DNA of 64,000 nucleotides from an uncultured Bacteroidia bacterium (GCA_965284645.1 OZ260106.1:2328962-2392961), one strand, 5' to 3'; positions 30,399-40,408 are shown, counted from the stretch's first letter. The notes: generated by a model not told the origin, from the sequence alone. Translations and numbers: made by a program.

Positions 30399-30881
30399 TT
30401 GTTTAAATTCAAAGCAGAACTTGCTATCATAGGAGTAAATCCTTATGTGTTTGTCCCTGAACCAATCTTGAACTCCCTTTTCACTTTAGCAGGAAAAAGG
30501 GCAGGTAACATTCCCATACATGGCAAAATAAATGGGAAAGAATTCCAGCAGACACTCGTAAAATATAATGGTTTTTGGCGACTTTATGTCAATACCAATA
30601 TGCTCAAGAATTCTCCGAAACGTATAGGAGAAGAAGTTGACTTTGAAATACATTTTGATCCTTCTGATCGTTCCATTCCTATGCCCGAACAACTCCAGCT
30701 TGCACTTGATCTTCACCCGGATGCCAAGGCCGTTTTTTTAGCGCTTTCCCCTTCACGTAAGAATGAAATTGTACGGTATATTGCTCGTTTGAAATCGCCT
30801 GAAATACTCGAGAAAAATATTAATCGGGCTATTTCTTTTTTGCAAGGAAAGGAAAGGTTTGTGGGGCGAGAAAAGCCTTGA
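30399..30881 (+). CDS. YdeI/OmpD-associated family protein (DUF1905 plus YdeI domain)
   Basis: 'YVFVPEPILNSL...HGKINGKEFQQTLVKYNGFWRLYV' (DUF1905), then 'SPSRKNEIVRYIARLKSPE'. Confidence 0.6.
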   Translation: MFKFKAELAIIGVNPYVFVPEPILNSLFTLAGKRAGNIPIHGKINGKEFQQTLVKYNGFWRLYVNTNMLKNSPKRIGEEVDFEIHFDPSDRSIPMPEQLQLALDLHPDAKAVFLALSPSRKNEIVRYIARLKSPEILEKNINRAISFLQGKERFVGREKP

Positions 30882-31028
30882 TTGTTTATGTTTTTTTATT
30901 GGAATTTTGGCGCAAAAAAAGTTATTAACCTTTTATATAGCGATATAGAACTGATTTAATTTTGTCTCAGATTCAATTCTTAATCTAGTTAAAATCAGTT
31001 TAATTTTTTCATTTTAAATCGTATTCAA

Positions 31029-32972
31029 ATGGGTGCTTTTTTCATGTATGCTTGGATTATATTGCTTGTGCTTTTAATCGTTTTATATAAATATGTTCTC
31101 CGTTTCTTTCTTGGGATGGTTATTGTTCCGGAAGACCGCTTGGGCCTTGTAACTAAGAAATTCGTGTTGTTTGGGCCAAACAAGGAACTTCCAGGTGGAC
31201 GAATTATTGCAACCAATGGGGAAGCAGGTTTTCAGGCCAGTACTTTAGCCCCTGGTTTGTATTTCGGAATGTGGTTTTGGCAATACGAAATTACTATGGA
31301 GCAATTCACCATTATTCCGGAAGGTAAAATAGGTTTAGTCCTAGCGAAGGATGGTACAGAAATTCCAACTGGTAATATCCTTGGTCAAAGGGTCGATTGC
31401 GATAATTTTCAAGATGCAGATAAGTTCCTTAAAAATGGAGGTCAGCGAGGTCGACAAACAGCCTACATAACCGCTGGATCGTATCGTATAAATACCATGC
31501 TTTTCCAAGTTTCCATTACCGATATGGTTCGTATCCAAGAAAGTAGGGTAGGTATTGTTACCACCTTGGATGGTATGCCTATTGAACAAGGACAAATCGC
31601 CGGTAAATTGGTGGAAGGACATAACAATTTTCAGGACTTCGATGCCTTTATCAAAAATGGTGGTAACCGAGGATTACAACCCCAAGTAATCTTGGCTGGT
31701 TCCTATAACCTAAATCCTTGGGCCATCCAAATTGAAGAAACCCCAATGACTGAAATTCCAATTGGATATGTGGGTGTGGTTATATCCTTTGTAGGTAAAG
31801 ATGGAGCTGATTTAACGGGCAAGGAATTTACACATGGAAATATTGTTGAGCGTGGCACTAAAGGCGTTTGGATGGAACCGCTTGGGCCGGGAAAATACCC
31901 CATCAACAAGTATACGATGAAGGTGGAACTGGTGCCTACAACCAACTTGGTGCTTAACTGGGCATCCGCTAGAAGTGAGGCGCACAACTTGGATAAAAAT
32001 CTATCAACAATTACGGTTCGATCTAAGGACGGTTTCCCTTTCAACCTCGATGTAGCGCAAATTATCCATGTGCCTTCTATCGAAGCGCCAAAAGTTATTG
32101 CAAGGTTTGGAAATATGGTCAACTTGGTATCCCAAGTATTAGAACCAACCATTGGAAACTATTTCCGAAATTCAGCACAAGACAGTGATGTGATTGCCTT
32201 TTTAAGCACAAGGAAGGAAAGACAGGATTCGGCCAAAGCCCATATCAAAAAGGTGTTGGATGAATACAATGTGAATGCAGTGGATACTTTGATTGGAGAT
32301 ATCGTTCCTCCTGAAACCTTGATGAAAACGCTTACAGACCGTAAAATTGCCGAAGAACAAAAAGTAACTTACGATACCCAGAAAAAGGCTCAAGAAACTC
32401 GTCAGGGAATGGAGAAAGAAACTGCCATCGCTGATATGCAAAAGGATATTGTACGGGCCCAACAAAGTGTTGAAATAGCTGAACGCACAGCCAATGCAAC
32501 AGTAAAGAAAGCAGAAGGGGATGCGGCAAGTGTTAAACTAGCCGTTAGTGCCGAAGCCGAATCAACTAAAATGAGAGCACACGCCGAAGCTGAATCTACA
32601 AAATTGAGAGCCGAAGCTGAATCACAGGCTATTAAAATGAAAGCCTCTGCCGAAGCTGAGAAAATAACTTTGACCGGTAATGCTGAAGCCTCCAAAATTT
32701 CAGCCATAGGTAAATCAAATGCCCAAGCTTATGAACTCGCCGTTAGTGCCTTAGGTGGTGAGAACTTTACTCGTTTTAAAATTACAGAAGAATTATCCAA
32801 AGGGAAAATTAAACTAATTCCTGATGTTTTAATTGGAGGTTCGGGCTCTAATGGAAATGCTATGGAAGGCTTGCTAGGACTGAAATTGATGGAAATGATG
32901 GATCCAAATTCAAAAGTTCAAAAAACAGAAACAGAAGATACTCAACCTACTAATAACCCAAGTGAACAGTAA
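31029..32972 (+). CDS. Flotillin/SPFH (band-7) family membrane protein
   Basis: N-terminal transmembrane helix, a PHB domain, and a long Ala/Glu-rich C-terminal region with repeated 'AEAES(T/Q)K(M/L)RA' heptads. Confidence 0.8.
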   Translation: MGAFFMYAWIILLVLLIVLYKYVLRFFLGMVIVPEDRLGLVTKKFVLFGPNKELPGGRIIATNGEAGFQASTLAPGLYFGMWFWQYEITMEQFTIIPEGKIGLVLAKDGTEIPTGNILGQRVDCDNFQDADKFLKNGGQRGRQTAYITAGSYRINTMLFQVSITDMVRIQESRVGIVTTLDGMPIEQGQIAGKLVEGHNNFQDFDAFIKNGGNRGLQPQVILAGSYNLNPWAIQIEETPMTEIPIGYVGVVISFVGKDGADLTGKEFTHGNIVERGTKGVWMEPLGPGKYPINKYTMKVELVPTTNLVLNWASARSEAHNLDKNLSTITVRSKDGFPFNLDVAQIIHVPSIEAPKVIARFGNMVNLVSQVLEPTIGNYFRNSAQDSDVIAFLSTRKERQDSAKAHIKKVLDEYNVNAVDTLIGDIVPPETLMKTLTDRKIAEEQKVTYDTQKKAQETRQGMEKETAIADMQKDIVRAQQSVEIAERTANATVKKAEGDAASVKLAVSAEAESTKMRAHAEAESTKLRAEAESQAIKMKASAEAEKITLTGNAEASKISAIGKSNAQAYELAVSALGGENFTRFKITEELSKGKIKLIPDVLIGGSGSNGNAMEGLLGLKLMEMMDPNSKVQKTETEDTQPTNNPSEQ

Positions 32973-33441
32973 GCAAAGTTTTCTTCCTGCCCATTCTATC
33001 CAGGTTGCTCCTACTTCGGAAATCACAACCACCCGCGACTTCTCTTTCTCCTTGTCAAGGTTATATCTAGCATGGTCGGATCCTAGGTTGCTTGAAAAAT
33101 GGTGGGGACCCAACGGTTTCACGAACACCTTCCATGTTTTTGACCTCCAACCTGGAGGGAAATGGAGTTTTATTATGCATGGACCAAATGGTTCAAACTA
33201 TCCGAATGAATGTGTGTTTTTGGAAGTTGAACCACTCCAACGACTGGTTTGGAACCATTTCCCTGAACCAGAATTCCAAGTGGAAGTATTGTTTAAAGCC
33301 CTTTCGGAAAGCCAATCGCAGGTAGTATTTAAAATGAAGTTTTTATCCAAAGAACGCTGTCGTCAATTGCGTGCATTTATAAGCGAAAAAAACGAGGAAA
33401 ATATGGATAAACTACAAAAAGTAATGAGTGAAATGCCTTAA
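32962..33441 (+). CDS. SRPBCC/AHSA1-like domain protein (second copy)
   Basis: 'LLEKWWGPNGFTNTFHVFDLQPGGKWSFIMHGPNGSNYPNE'. Confidence 0.6.
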   Translation: MNSKQSFLPAHSIQVAPTSEITTTRDFSFSLSRLYLAWSDPRLLEKWWGPNGFTNTFHVFDLQPGGKWSFIMHGPNGSNYPNECVFLEVEPLQRLVWNHFPEPEFQVEVLFKALSESQSQVVFKMKFLSKERCRQLRAFISEKNEENMDKLQKVMSEMP

Positions 33442-33788
33442 TAAGCAACAATTATGGACGTTCATCCCAACAGTTTTTTAGCTAATAAGGGAAGAATACT
33501 TTTGAGTATATTTTTTTATTTCAAGTTATTTTATAGTTGGATTTTTTAATCCTTACGGCACTATTTGTCCATTCGGTAAATTTTACAATTTGCCCAAAGA
33601 AATTGAATTGCCACTTTTGAATCGCCAAAGCCTTTCTAATTCAGAATCTGTGTTAAGTAAGCTTTTGTAAACGTAGTTTAACATTTGGATTTTCCTTTTA
33701 AGGTTTAATTTGTCGCCTAATAAAAAGCTAAAAAAAAATTAAGTAACCGCCTTGTTTCCTAAAACGCACCATAAATCAAATTTTTGAA

Positions 33789-34589
33789 ATGGAACTATTA
33801 CCTGTTCACGAAATAATTGTCAACCAAGCTAAAATTAATCAGATTGATAATTTAGTAAAATCAATCTATCGGCTCATAATTTATAGCCGATACCATTTGG
33901 ATGATGATTTGCTGGATACTTATTTGAATAGTGTGCAGGAACTTCAAGAATTACTAAGTTTGAAAAATGCCCAAATGGAAGCCCAAACGGAAGAAGAAGC
34001 CAAGGAGTATTTAAAAAACCTGAAAATTACCCTAAGCTTTGTAATAGATGAAATAATTAGGCACGATAATTTTGAGAAAGAAGTTCAACTATTTCAGCTC
34101 CTTCGTCTTGTTTCGCCCGAAACGAATGCACTTCACCCCAATCGGTACCGACAAACCTTGGTGCAAATCGGTGGTCATATTTGTCCGGAACATACCGTTG
34201 TCCCTCACTTGGTTTCAAACCTTTTTTACCAAATGCAAAGCATAACCAATCCAATTGTTAGGGCGATTTATTTCCACCATGAGTTAATTAGAATTCATCC
34301 TTTTGCTGATGGAAATGGTCGGGTAACAAGAATTGCTAAAAATTGGATGCTTATGTTTGACTTGTATCCGCCAATTTTCATTAATGATGCTACCCAGAAA
34401 AAGGAATATATTTCAACGCTTTCAAATAGCTTTAGGGAACTTGACTCCTCCCCTAAAAAATGGAATGAACACACAGAAGCCTTTTTTGAGCAAGAACTTG
34501 ATAGGCTGTTGGTAAATACAACCTTCCTTTATGAAACCGTTAATAAAATGGGGCTAGAAAGGGAAAAATCTGCAAATTTGCCAAACTAA
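33789..34589 (+). CDS. Fic/DOC family protein (AMPylase-type)
   Basis: Canonical Fic motif 'HPFADGNGRVTR'. Confidence 0.85.
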   Translation: MELLPVHEIIVNQAKINQIDNLVKSIYRLIIYSRYHLDDDLLDTYLNSVQELQELLSLKNAQMEAQTEEEAKEYLKNLKITLSFVIDEIIRHDNFEKEVQLFQLLRLVSPETNALHPNRYRQTLVQIGGHICPEHTVVPHLVSNLFYQMQSITNPIVRAIYFHHELIRIHPFADGNGRVTRIAKNWMLMFDLYPPIFINDATQKKEYISTLSNSFRELDSSPKKWNEHTEAFFEQELDRLLVNTTFLYETVNKMGLEREKSANLPN

Positions 34590-35110
34590 TGTTCGAATAC
34601 AAAGTTCAAATAATTGAATCCTTGGTGGTTGTAGTGGGTTATTTGCTTACCCACTATGTGACCAGAATATTTATTAATACCTATTTAAAGCAAACGCATC
34701 TTGATCGCGGCAGAAGGAAAATGATAATCAAGGTCGTACACCTCTTATCTTTTTTAACACTTTCGGTTTTATTAGCCGCTATTTGGGGACTCCAACAAAA
34801 TGAAATTGCCGTTTTTGTTGGAACTATTTTAACAGCCTTCGGTATCGCCTTTTTTGCCCAATGGTCCTTGCTCTCAAATATAACTTCTAGTCTGTTACTG
34901 TTTTTTAATCACCCCGTAAAAATTGGTGACACCCTTAAGGTACTCGATAAGGATTATCCATTTGAAGGTGTTGTTACGGATTTGACCTTTTTTTTCATTC
35001 ACCTCAAAACTTCCAAGGACGAAACAATTACAATTCCTAATTCACAATTGTTTCAGAAAGCTATTTTAGTGGTAGAAAAAAAGCTTGGATCAAAACCTCA
35101 ACCCGAATGA
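34589..35110 (+). CDS. Small MscS-family mechanosensitive channel protein (short form)
   Basis: Pore-lining TM3 'FGIAFFAQWSLLSNITSSLLLFF', then 'IKIGDTLKV...ITIPNSQLF'. At 173 aa it is shorter than canonical MscS. Confidence 0.55.
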   Translation: MFEYKVQIIESLVVVVGYLLTHYVTRIFINTYLKQTHLDRGRRKMIIKVVHLLSFLTLSVLLAAIWGLQQNEIAVFVGTILTAFGIAFFAQWSLLSNITSSLLLFFNHPVKIGDTLKVLDKDYPFEGVVTDLTFFFIHLKTSKDETITIPNSQLFQKAILVVEKKLGSKPQPE

Positions 35111-35829
35111 AGTGTGTTTTTGGAATTGCTCCCTTCATCCTTTTTGGGTATTTTCCTGCCTTTTCTCAAGCATTTGATTTAGGAAGTTGGAATATACTGA
35201 ATGTTAAATACAACCATTCCGAAAAACTAAGCTTTTTTGCAGAAGGCCAGCTGCGTTCCCTAAAATTTTATAACCATTTTCACTACTACGAATACAAAGG
35301 TGGAATTAACTACAAGGTTCATAAACAGGTGATGCTATCCTTGGGTTTTGGTTCTTACCAAACCTATAAGGAAGGAGGCGATTTCGTTTTGCCAAAGAAT
35401 AACAACGAGTTCAGGATTTGGCATCAAATTCTTTTGAATCAACCATTTGGGAAATTGAGAATAGAACAACGCTATCGAATGGAATGTAGATTTACCCAAA
35501 ATGGTTATCGAAATAGGTATCGATACAGACTTGGTATTTCTTACCCTTTAGGAAAGGAGAAAAATGACTATTTCCCTTTTCAAATCAGCGTAAGTGATGA
35601 GCTGTTTTTTACCGAGAATGAACCTTATTTTGAAAGAAATAGGTTGTTCTTTTCTTTTAACTATAAACCTTCAAAAACTACTTCCATTCAAATAGGTTAT
35701 TTGCATCAGTTCGATTATAAAATTGATGACGAAACAGGAAGAGACTTTTTAGTTATTGGTTTTTATTATGAATTGTTTCGAAAAAAAGGAACAAAAAAGG
35801 TATTGGAAAATTCTTCCAAGGATAATTAG
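35107..35829 (+). CDS. DUF2490-like outer-membrane protein
   Basis: Signal peptide with alternating aromatic/hydrophilic beta-strand pattern and a C-terminal '...FYYELF'. Confidence 0.45.
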   Translation: MKCVFGIAPFILFGYFPAFSQAFDLGSWNILNVKYNHSEKLSFFAEGQLRSLKFYNHFHYYEYKGGINYKVHKQVMLSLGFGSYQTYKEGGDFVLPKNNNEFRIWHQILLNQPFGKLRIEQRYRMECRFTQNGYRNRYRYRLGISYPLGKEKNDYFPFQISVSDELFFTENEPYFERNRLFFSFNYKPSKTTSIQIGYLHQFDYKIDDETGRDFLVIGFYYELFRKKGTKKVLENSSKDN

Positions 35830-35866
35830 CTATTCAATAATTTTCTGACAAGGTTAGTTGAACCCA

Positions 35867-35993
35867 AACCAGTTGTAAATCAATTTATTTTTCCAAATGG
35901 ATAACAATTGCTATCCCTAAATTTCTTCGGGAGGGGTAAACCCAACTAAATCAAGTAGTTCGGATTATTAAATCCTCCTATTGATTAATTTGG
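35867..35993 (+). repeat. Family-2 repeat copy, immediately upstream of family-1 copy F
   Basis: Aligns to 9661-9773. Confidence 0.75.
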
Positions 35994-36021
35994 GTTTAAC
36001 CAACACCCAGGTTCGGAGGTT

Positions 36022-36180
36022 CTCGGGCAAGGATAGAGGCAGTCTAGCCCACAGGGATGCGTAGGCACGGAGCAGACCGAGGACTAGCGCCGAAAGCCTG
36101 ACCCGAACGCCCCTTGTACCCCGGTTTATTTTGGCACCGCTGTTTTTGGGCGGAGGGGGCACGCCAAATAAAAAAAAAAA
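36022..36180 (+). repeat. Family-1 repeat, copy F (forward)
   Basis: Core identical to D/G; 3' hairpin 'tttttgggcggagggggcacgccaaa' plus A12. Confidence 0.85.
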
Positions 36181-36321
36181 TTGAAAATAGCCTTTAAACA
36201 AGGAACGAAAAAAGTATAATAAATTTTCATTTCCATTGTAGATTCTTTGTGGTGAAATCAGATAAATTCTATCTTTGAAAAGGTGGAAAAGCAAAGGAAA
36301 ATAGCCAAGTGTAAGCTTTTG

Positions 36322-37043
36322 ATGTCGTTTATGTTCTTGTCTGTCAGTGTATTAGCTCAAACTGATTTGCCAAAGCTCCAAATTTCCAAACTGGCACCCA
36401 ACTATTATGTTTTTACAACTTATCGTCTTCTAGGCGAGGATCCCTTTCCAGCCAATGGTCTTTACATGGTGGGCAAAACAGGGGTTTACATGCTTGATAC
36501 GCCTTGGGATACTACGCAATTTCAGCCTTTGTTGGATAGTATCGAAGCACGTCATCATTTGCCGGTAAAAATGGTACTCGCCACACATTACCATGACGAT
36601 CGTACGGCCGGCTTGGCTTATTATGCCCAAAAGGGAATTCCTACTTACACGAGCAAATCCACTGATAATATTTCGAAAAGAAAAGGCGAAAAAAGAGCAC
36701 AATTTCATTTTCTTTCCGATACTACCTTTAACTGGGATGGTACTTTTGTAGAAGCCTTTTTCCCGGACCTGGACATAGCCCTGATAATATTGTTGTTTGG
36801 TTCGAGAATGAAGGTATTTTGCATGGTGGCTGCCTGGTGAAAAGTGTGGAGGCCACGAATTTGGGTAACTTAGAAGATGCCGATGTGAAGAAATGGGAAG
36901 GGGCCATCCTTAAATTGATAGATCGTTATAAATCAGTTAAATGGGTTGTTCCTGGGCACCAAGAATGGTCGGGAAAAGTAGCCTTGAAACATACACTTAA
37001 TCTGATAAATGGGTATCAGCGAACCCTGCAAAGTAAAAAGTAG
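36322..37043 (+). pseudogene. Subclass B1 metallo-beta-lactamase, frameshifted in a poly-T tract at 36757-36761
   Basis: Signal peptide, then 'HYHDDR' (the HxHxD motif). After a +1 shift the sequence reads '[28 protein letters not shown]...VVPGH'. Adding one T to 'ttttt' restores 'EAFFPGPGH'. Confidence 0.75.
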
Positions 37044-37090
37044 ACCCTAGTAATTCCCCATTCCTTTAAAGATGTAGTTCCTTTCAAATC

Positions 37091-37405
37091 ATGGTTTCTA
37101 TCCACACTTTTAAAACTTGGTCTCTCAACTTCCCTGGAACCTCCGAAGAACCCCATTTTGAAAAGACTTCTTTCCGAGTGAAGAAGAAAATTTTCGCTAC
37201 CCTGGACGAGAAAACAGGGAAGGCCGTCTTGAAATTAAACCTTGTGGATCAGGAGATTTTGTCCAGTCTTGGAAAAACTGCAGTTTATCCAGTCGCAAAT
37301 AAGTGGGGATTACAAGGTTGGACGGTTTTTGAATTGGAAAATGCCCAGCCCGAAATGGTTCAAGATGCCTTGCAATTGGCTTATCAATGTGTTTTGAAGA
37401 AATAA
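37091..37405 (+). CDS. MmcQ/YjbR-family protein
   Basis: 104 aa, 'EEPHFEKTSFRVKKKIFATL' pattern. Confidence 0.55.
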   Translation: MVSIHTFKTWSLNFPGTSEEPHFEKTSFRVKKKIFATLDEKTGKAVLKLNLVDQEILSSLGKTAVYPVANKWGLQGWTVFELENAQPEMVQDALQLAYQCVLKK

Positions 37406-37501
37406 AAAACGGTCGACTTAGAAAATATTTCAGTAGAAATTCTTTACGATTAGGACTTTTGCTGTTTGAATTTCCCATTTTTGTCCCCCAATCCCATTTC
37501 A

Positions 37502-38419
37502 ATGCGCCAGCGTAGTATCCTCCTTCTTTTCATGCTCGCTTCTTTCGCTGTTTTGGCCCAATCACCATTCAACTACGGGAAGAATAAACAAGTGTATTTC
37601 ATGTCAGCTAAGGAGCGGGACTCCCTAGGTATTCAAGTCATTTACACCATAAAGCAATATGCAGAAAAAGAAAGAGGCGGAATGGGCGAAAATTGGAGTG
37701 TGGTAATTACCTCTTTTTCCGAAAATTTGATTTCCGACGATTGGGCTCCATTCACCAAAGACAGCCTGTTCAAATTTAATTTTGATAGCTTAACGGCTAA
37801 TCCTCCAATATTGAATGGTACACGGTTCGAGCTTTCCAAAGGAACGGTACTAGCCTATGGAGGAGGTGGTTATGGTAGTTTTGATTGGAATGATTTTACA
37901 AAAGTGAACGATTCGGTGGTTTTGGTTGCCATTTCCTGCGTTGGTCACTGTGGCGATCAACCTCCGAAGTTTTCAAAATCCATTTACGATAAACAAGGGA
38001 AATTGGCTCGCTCAATCCATTATCCCTTGAAAGACTATAGCGACGAAACCATGTCGGCCGAAACCCCGCAATCCTTTGTGGAAAGTTTGGAAGCAGCCTA
38101 TAAATCAACAGGACTTTCTCCAGATACCACGTATTTTTATTACGATGAAAAAGGCCGATGGTTGGGCCCTGCCGAAGGTTTAAACGAACGCAAACAAACA
38201 GGGATTTCTTGGTATAATATGGGCGAAGAAATTAAGAAATCAAAGTATTTTAACCAGGTTTTCATTGGCAATCAACCGATGGATAAATTCATAAAATCCA
38301 AAATTGGCTACTGTCCTCAAGTCTTGTTTTTTGAAATTTACCGCAACGCTGCATTTCTTTTTAAATATTCCCCTGCCGATAAAAAATACCACCGCTGGAT
38401 GGATGTGGTTTTAGAATAG
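37502..38419 (+). CDS. Hypothetical secreted protein
   Basis: Signal peptide 'MRQRSILLLFMLASFAVLAQ' from the first ATG; no recognisable domain. Confidence 0.45.
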   Translation: MRQRSILLLFMLASFAVLAQSPFNYGKNKQVYFMSAKERDSLGIQVIYTIKQYAEKERGGMGENWSVVITSFSENLISDDWAPFTKDSLFKFNFDSLTANPPILNGTRFELSKGTVLAYGGGGYGSFDWNDFTKVNDSVVLVAISCVGHCGDQPPKFSKSIYDKQGKLARSIHYPLKDYSDETMSAETPQSFVESLEAAYKSTGLSPDTTYFYYDEKGRWLGPAEGLNERKQTGISWYNMGEEIKKSKYFNQVFIGNQPMDKFIKSKIGYCPQVLFFEIYRNAAFLFKYSPADKKYHRWMDVVLE

Positions 38420-38446
38420 TCGGCCTCGAAAATAAACGCTACGAAA

Positions 38447-39073
38447 ATGGCTATTACACGCGATATTGATACGTATTTTTCTGAAGGTTGCGGTCGTTGC
38501 AGCCTCGGTGGTACACCCGAATGTAAGGTTCATACTTGGGCCACCGAACTCCATCTTATGCGCCAATTAATCCTCGAGTGTGGACTTACCGAAGAGGTTA
38601 AACGGGGCTCGCCCTGTTACACATTTCAAGGCAGTAATGTGCTTTTGATAGGTGCGTTTAAAGAAAAAGCTGTTTTGAGTTTTTTAAAGGGCGCCTTAAT
38701 CAACGACGAGGCTGGAATTTTGGAATGGCCAGGCGAAAATTCCCAATCAGCAAAGGTGTTTAAGGTTACCAAGGCGGATCAAATCAGAGCACATCGCGAC
38801 TTGCTCAAGGCTTATATTTTTGAAGCCATCGAATTGGAGCGTTCAGGTGCAAAGGTCGAAACTAAAAAGGCTACCGATCAGGATTGGCCTGCCGAATTGG
38901 TACAGCAATTTACCGCGCAACCGGCGTTTAAACAGGCATTTTTGGCCTTAACCCCTGGTCGTCAACGGGGCTACCTCATGCATTTCAATTCGGCCAAACA
39001 AGCCAAAACCAAGGAAGACCGTATCTTGAAATGTATGCCCAAAATTTTCGAAGGAAAAGGTATGCAGGAGTAG
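38447..39073 (+). CDS. YdeI/OmpD-associated family protein (DUF1801-like N-terminal domain)
   Basis: C-terminal 'LALTPGRQRGYLMHFNSAKQAKTKEDRI' resembles the 30399 paralogue ('LALSPSRKNEIVRYIARLKSPE'). Confidence 0.5.
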   Translation: MAITRDIDTYFSEGCGRCSLGGTPECKVHTWATELHLMRQLILECGLTEEVKRGSPCYTFQGSNVLLIGAFKEKAVLSFLKGALINDEAGILEWPGENSQSAKVFKVTKADQIRAHRDLLKAYIFEAIELERSGAKVETKKATDQDWPAELVQQFTAQPAFKQAFLALTPGRQRGYLMHFNSAKQAKTKEDRILKCMPKIFEGKGMQE

Positions 39074-39109
39074 GTTTTGAAAATGTTTTTTTGTCTGTAA
39101 ATGGGTGTT

Positions 39110-39283
39110 TTTTATTTGGCGGGCCCCCAACCGCCAAAACCAGTTTAACCTTTGAATTTTTCAGTCTGCAAGGGCGGTTGGGTCAGGCTTTCGGCGCTAG
39201 TCCTCGGTCTGCTCCGTGCCTACGCATCCCTGTGGGCTAGACTGCCTCTATCCTTGCCCGAAACCGAAGTACCTGGCTTTTGT
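39110..39283 (-). repeat. Family-1 repeat, copy G (reverse)
   Basis: Reverse complement is more than 95% identical to D/F across the core; 5' hairpin 'tttggcgggcccccaaccgccaaaa'. Confidence 0.85.
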
Positions 39284-39565
39284 GCTTTATTTAGGCAGTT
39301 GTTAGTAATCTCGAAATTGTTATTGAAACAAAGAAAACAAGTTACAAGGAATGTGGTTAGATTCTTGTTAAGTCCAAGTTTGTGCAAGTTTGGATTTTAA
39401 TCAAAATTTACTTAAAAACCTTATTTGGCCTTGTATTAAACCTAGTTCAAAATTTCTATGGATAATTTGGGGTTAATTCAGTCAATAGTTTAATTTGAAT
39501 GCGGTTTTAATCCATCCTTCAGTAATGCAACCTAAAAGCTAAGCGACATTCCTTCTGATTTGGAC

Positions 39566-40408
39566 TTACAATGAAAAGGACCAAACCTGTCCGTATTTTT
39601 CTAATCCTTGGAGTGAAATACTTTTTTTGAATAAGCCAAAAACAGTTGATCCACTTCCACTCATAGAAGCATAGCTAGCCTCCAAATTATAAAGTTCCTC
39701 TTTAAGCTCTTTCAGCAATGGATACTGAGGGAAAATACTAGCTTCAAAATCGTTTATTACCACCTCCTTCCATTCCTCCACTGGAAGTTTTTCAAGGCTT
39801 TTTAGGTCGAACTTTGCCTTTTGTGGTATTACCCCGGCATAGGCTTCCTTGGTTCCGATATGAATGGGGGGGTAAACCAAAACTAGCCAATATCCGGTCA
39901 GATTTAAAGATACTGGTTCAAATAATTCACCTCGGCTATAGCAAAAGGCAGGTTTGTTTTGGATAAAAAAGGAGCAGTCGCTACCCAATCTTGCAGCAAA
40001 TTCCAATTTTTGTTCCATAGATAAGCCAATTTGGCAAATCTCATCCAAGATATGGATAAAGAAGGCCGCATCCGAACTTCCACCTCCCAAACCGGCTCCC
40101 ATCGGAATAAGTTTGTGTAAATGGGCTTTTACCCCAGGTAAGGGGTTGGTATCATGAAGCATTTGATAGGCTTTCACACATAAATTCGAATCGGTATGAC
40201 CTGGAATGTTCAATCCGGAGCTTGTAAATTGAATTTCACCACGACCTAGGTTCGGATCCACAACAGCCTCCACCGCATCTTTCATGGGAATAGGATAAAA
40301 GATACTGTTAATATTATGGAAATTGTCTGGTCGACGTTCCACAATACTAAGTCCAAGATTTATTTTTGCATTCGGAAATAAAAGCATGCTTTGCTGGGTG
40401 TGGGACAA
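39566..40408 (-). CDS. ispE: 4-diphosphocytidyl-2-C-methyl-D-erythritol kinase
   Basis: 'KINLGLSIV' and GHMP-kinase motif 'PMGAGLGGGSSDAA'. Start is probably the internal 'MLLFPNAK' at 40387. Confidence 0.85.
   Translation of the reverse strand: MSHTQQSMLLFPNAKINLGLSIVERRPDNFHNINSIFYPIPMKDAVEAVVDPNLGRGEIQFTSSGLNIPGHTDSNLCVKAYQMLHDTNPLPGVKAHLHKLIPMGAGLGGGSSDAAFFIHILDEICQIGLSMEQKLEFAARLGSDCSFFIQNKPAFCYSRGELFEPVSLNLTGYWLVLVYPPIHIGTKEAYAGVIPQKAKFDLKSLEKLPVEEWKEVVINDFEASIFPQYPLLKELKEELYNLEASYASMSGSGSTVFGLFKKSISLQGLEKYGQVWSFSL

Noticed and set aside
34589-35110. Short MscS (173 aa) as a frameshift fragment
   Set aside because: The following ORF (35107) is an unrelated DUF2490 protein with its own signal peptide, and no MscS C-terminal-domain coding potential was seen in other frames. 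It is probably a genuine short MscS-like protein, so I did not call it a pseudogene.
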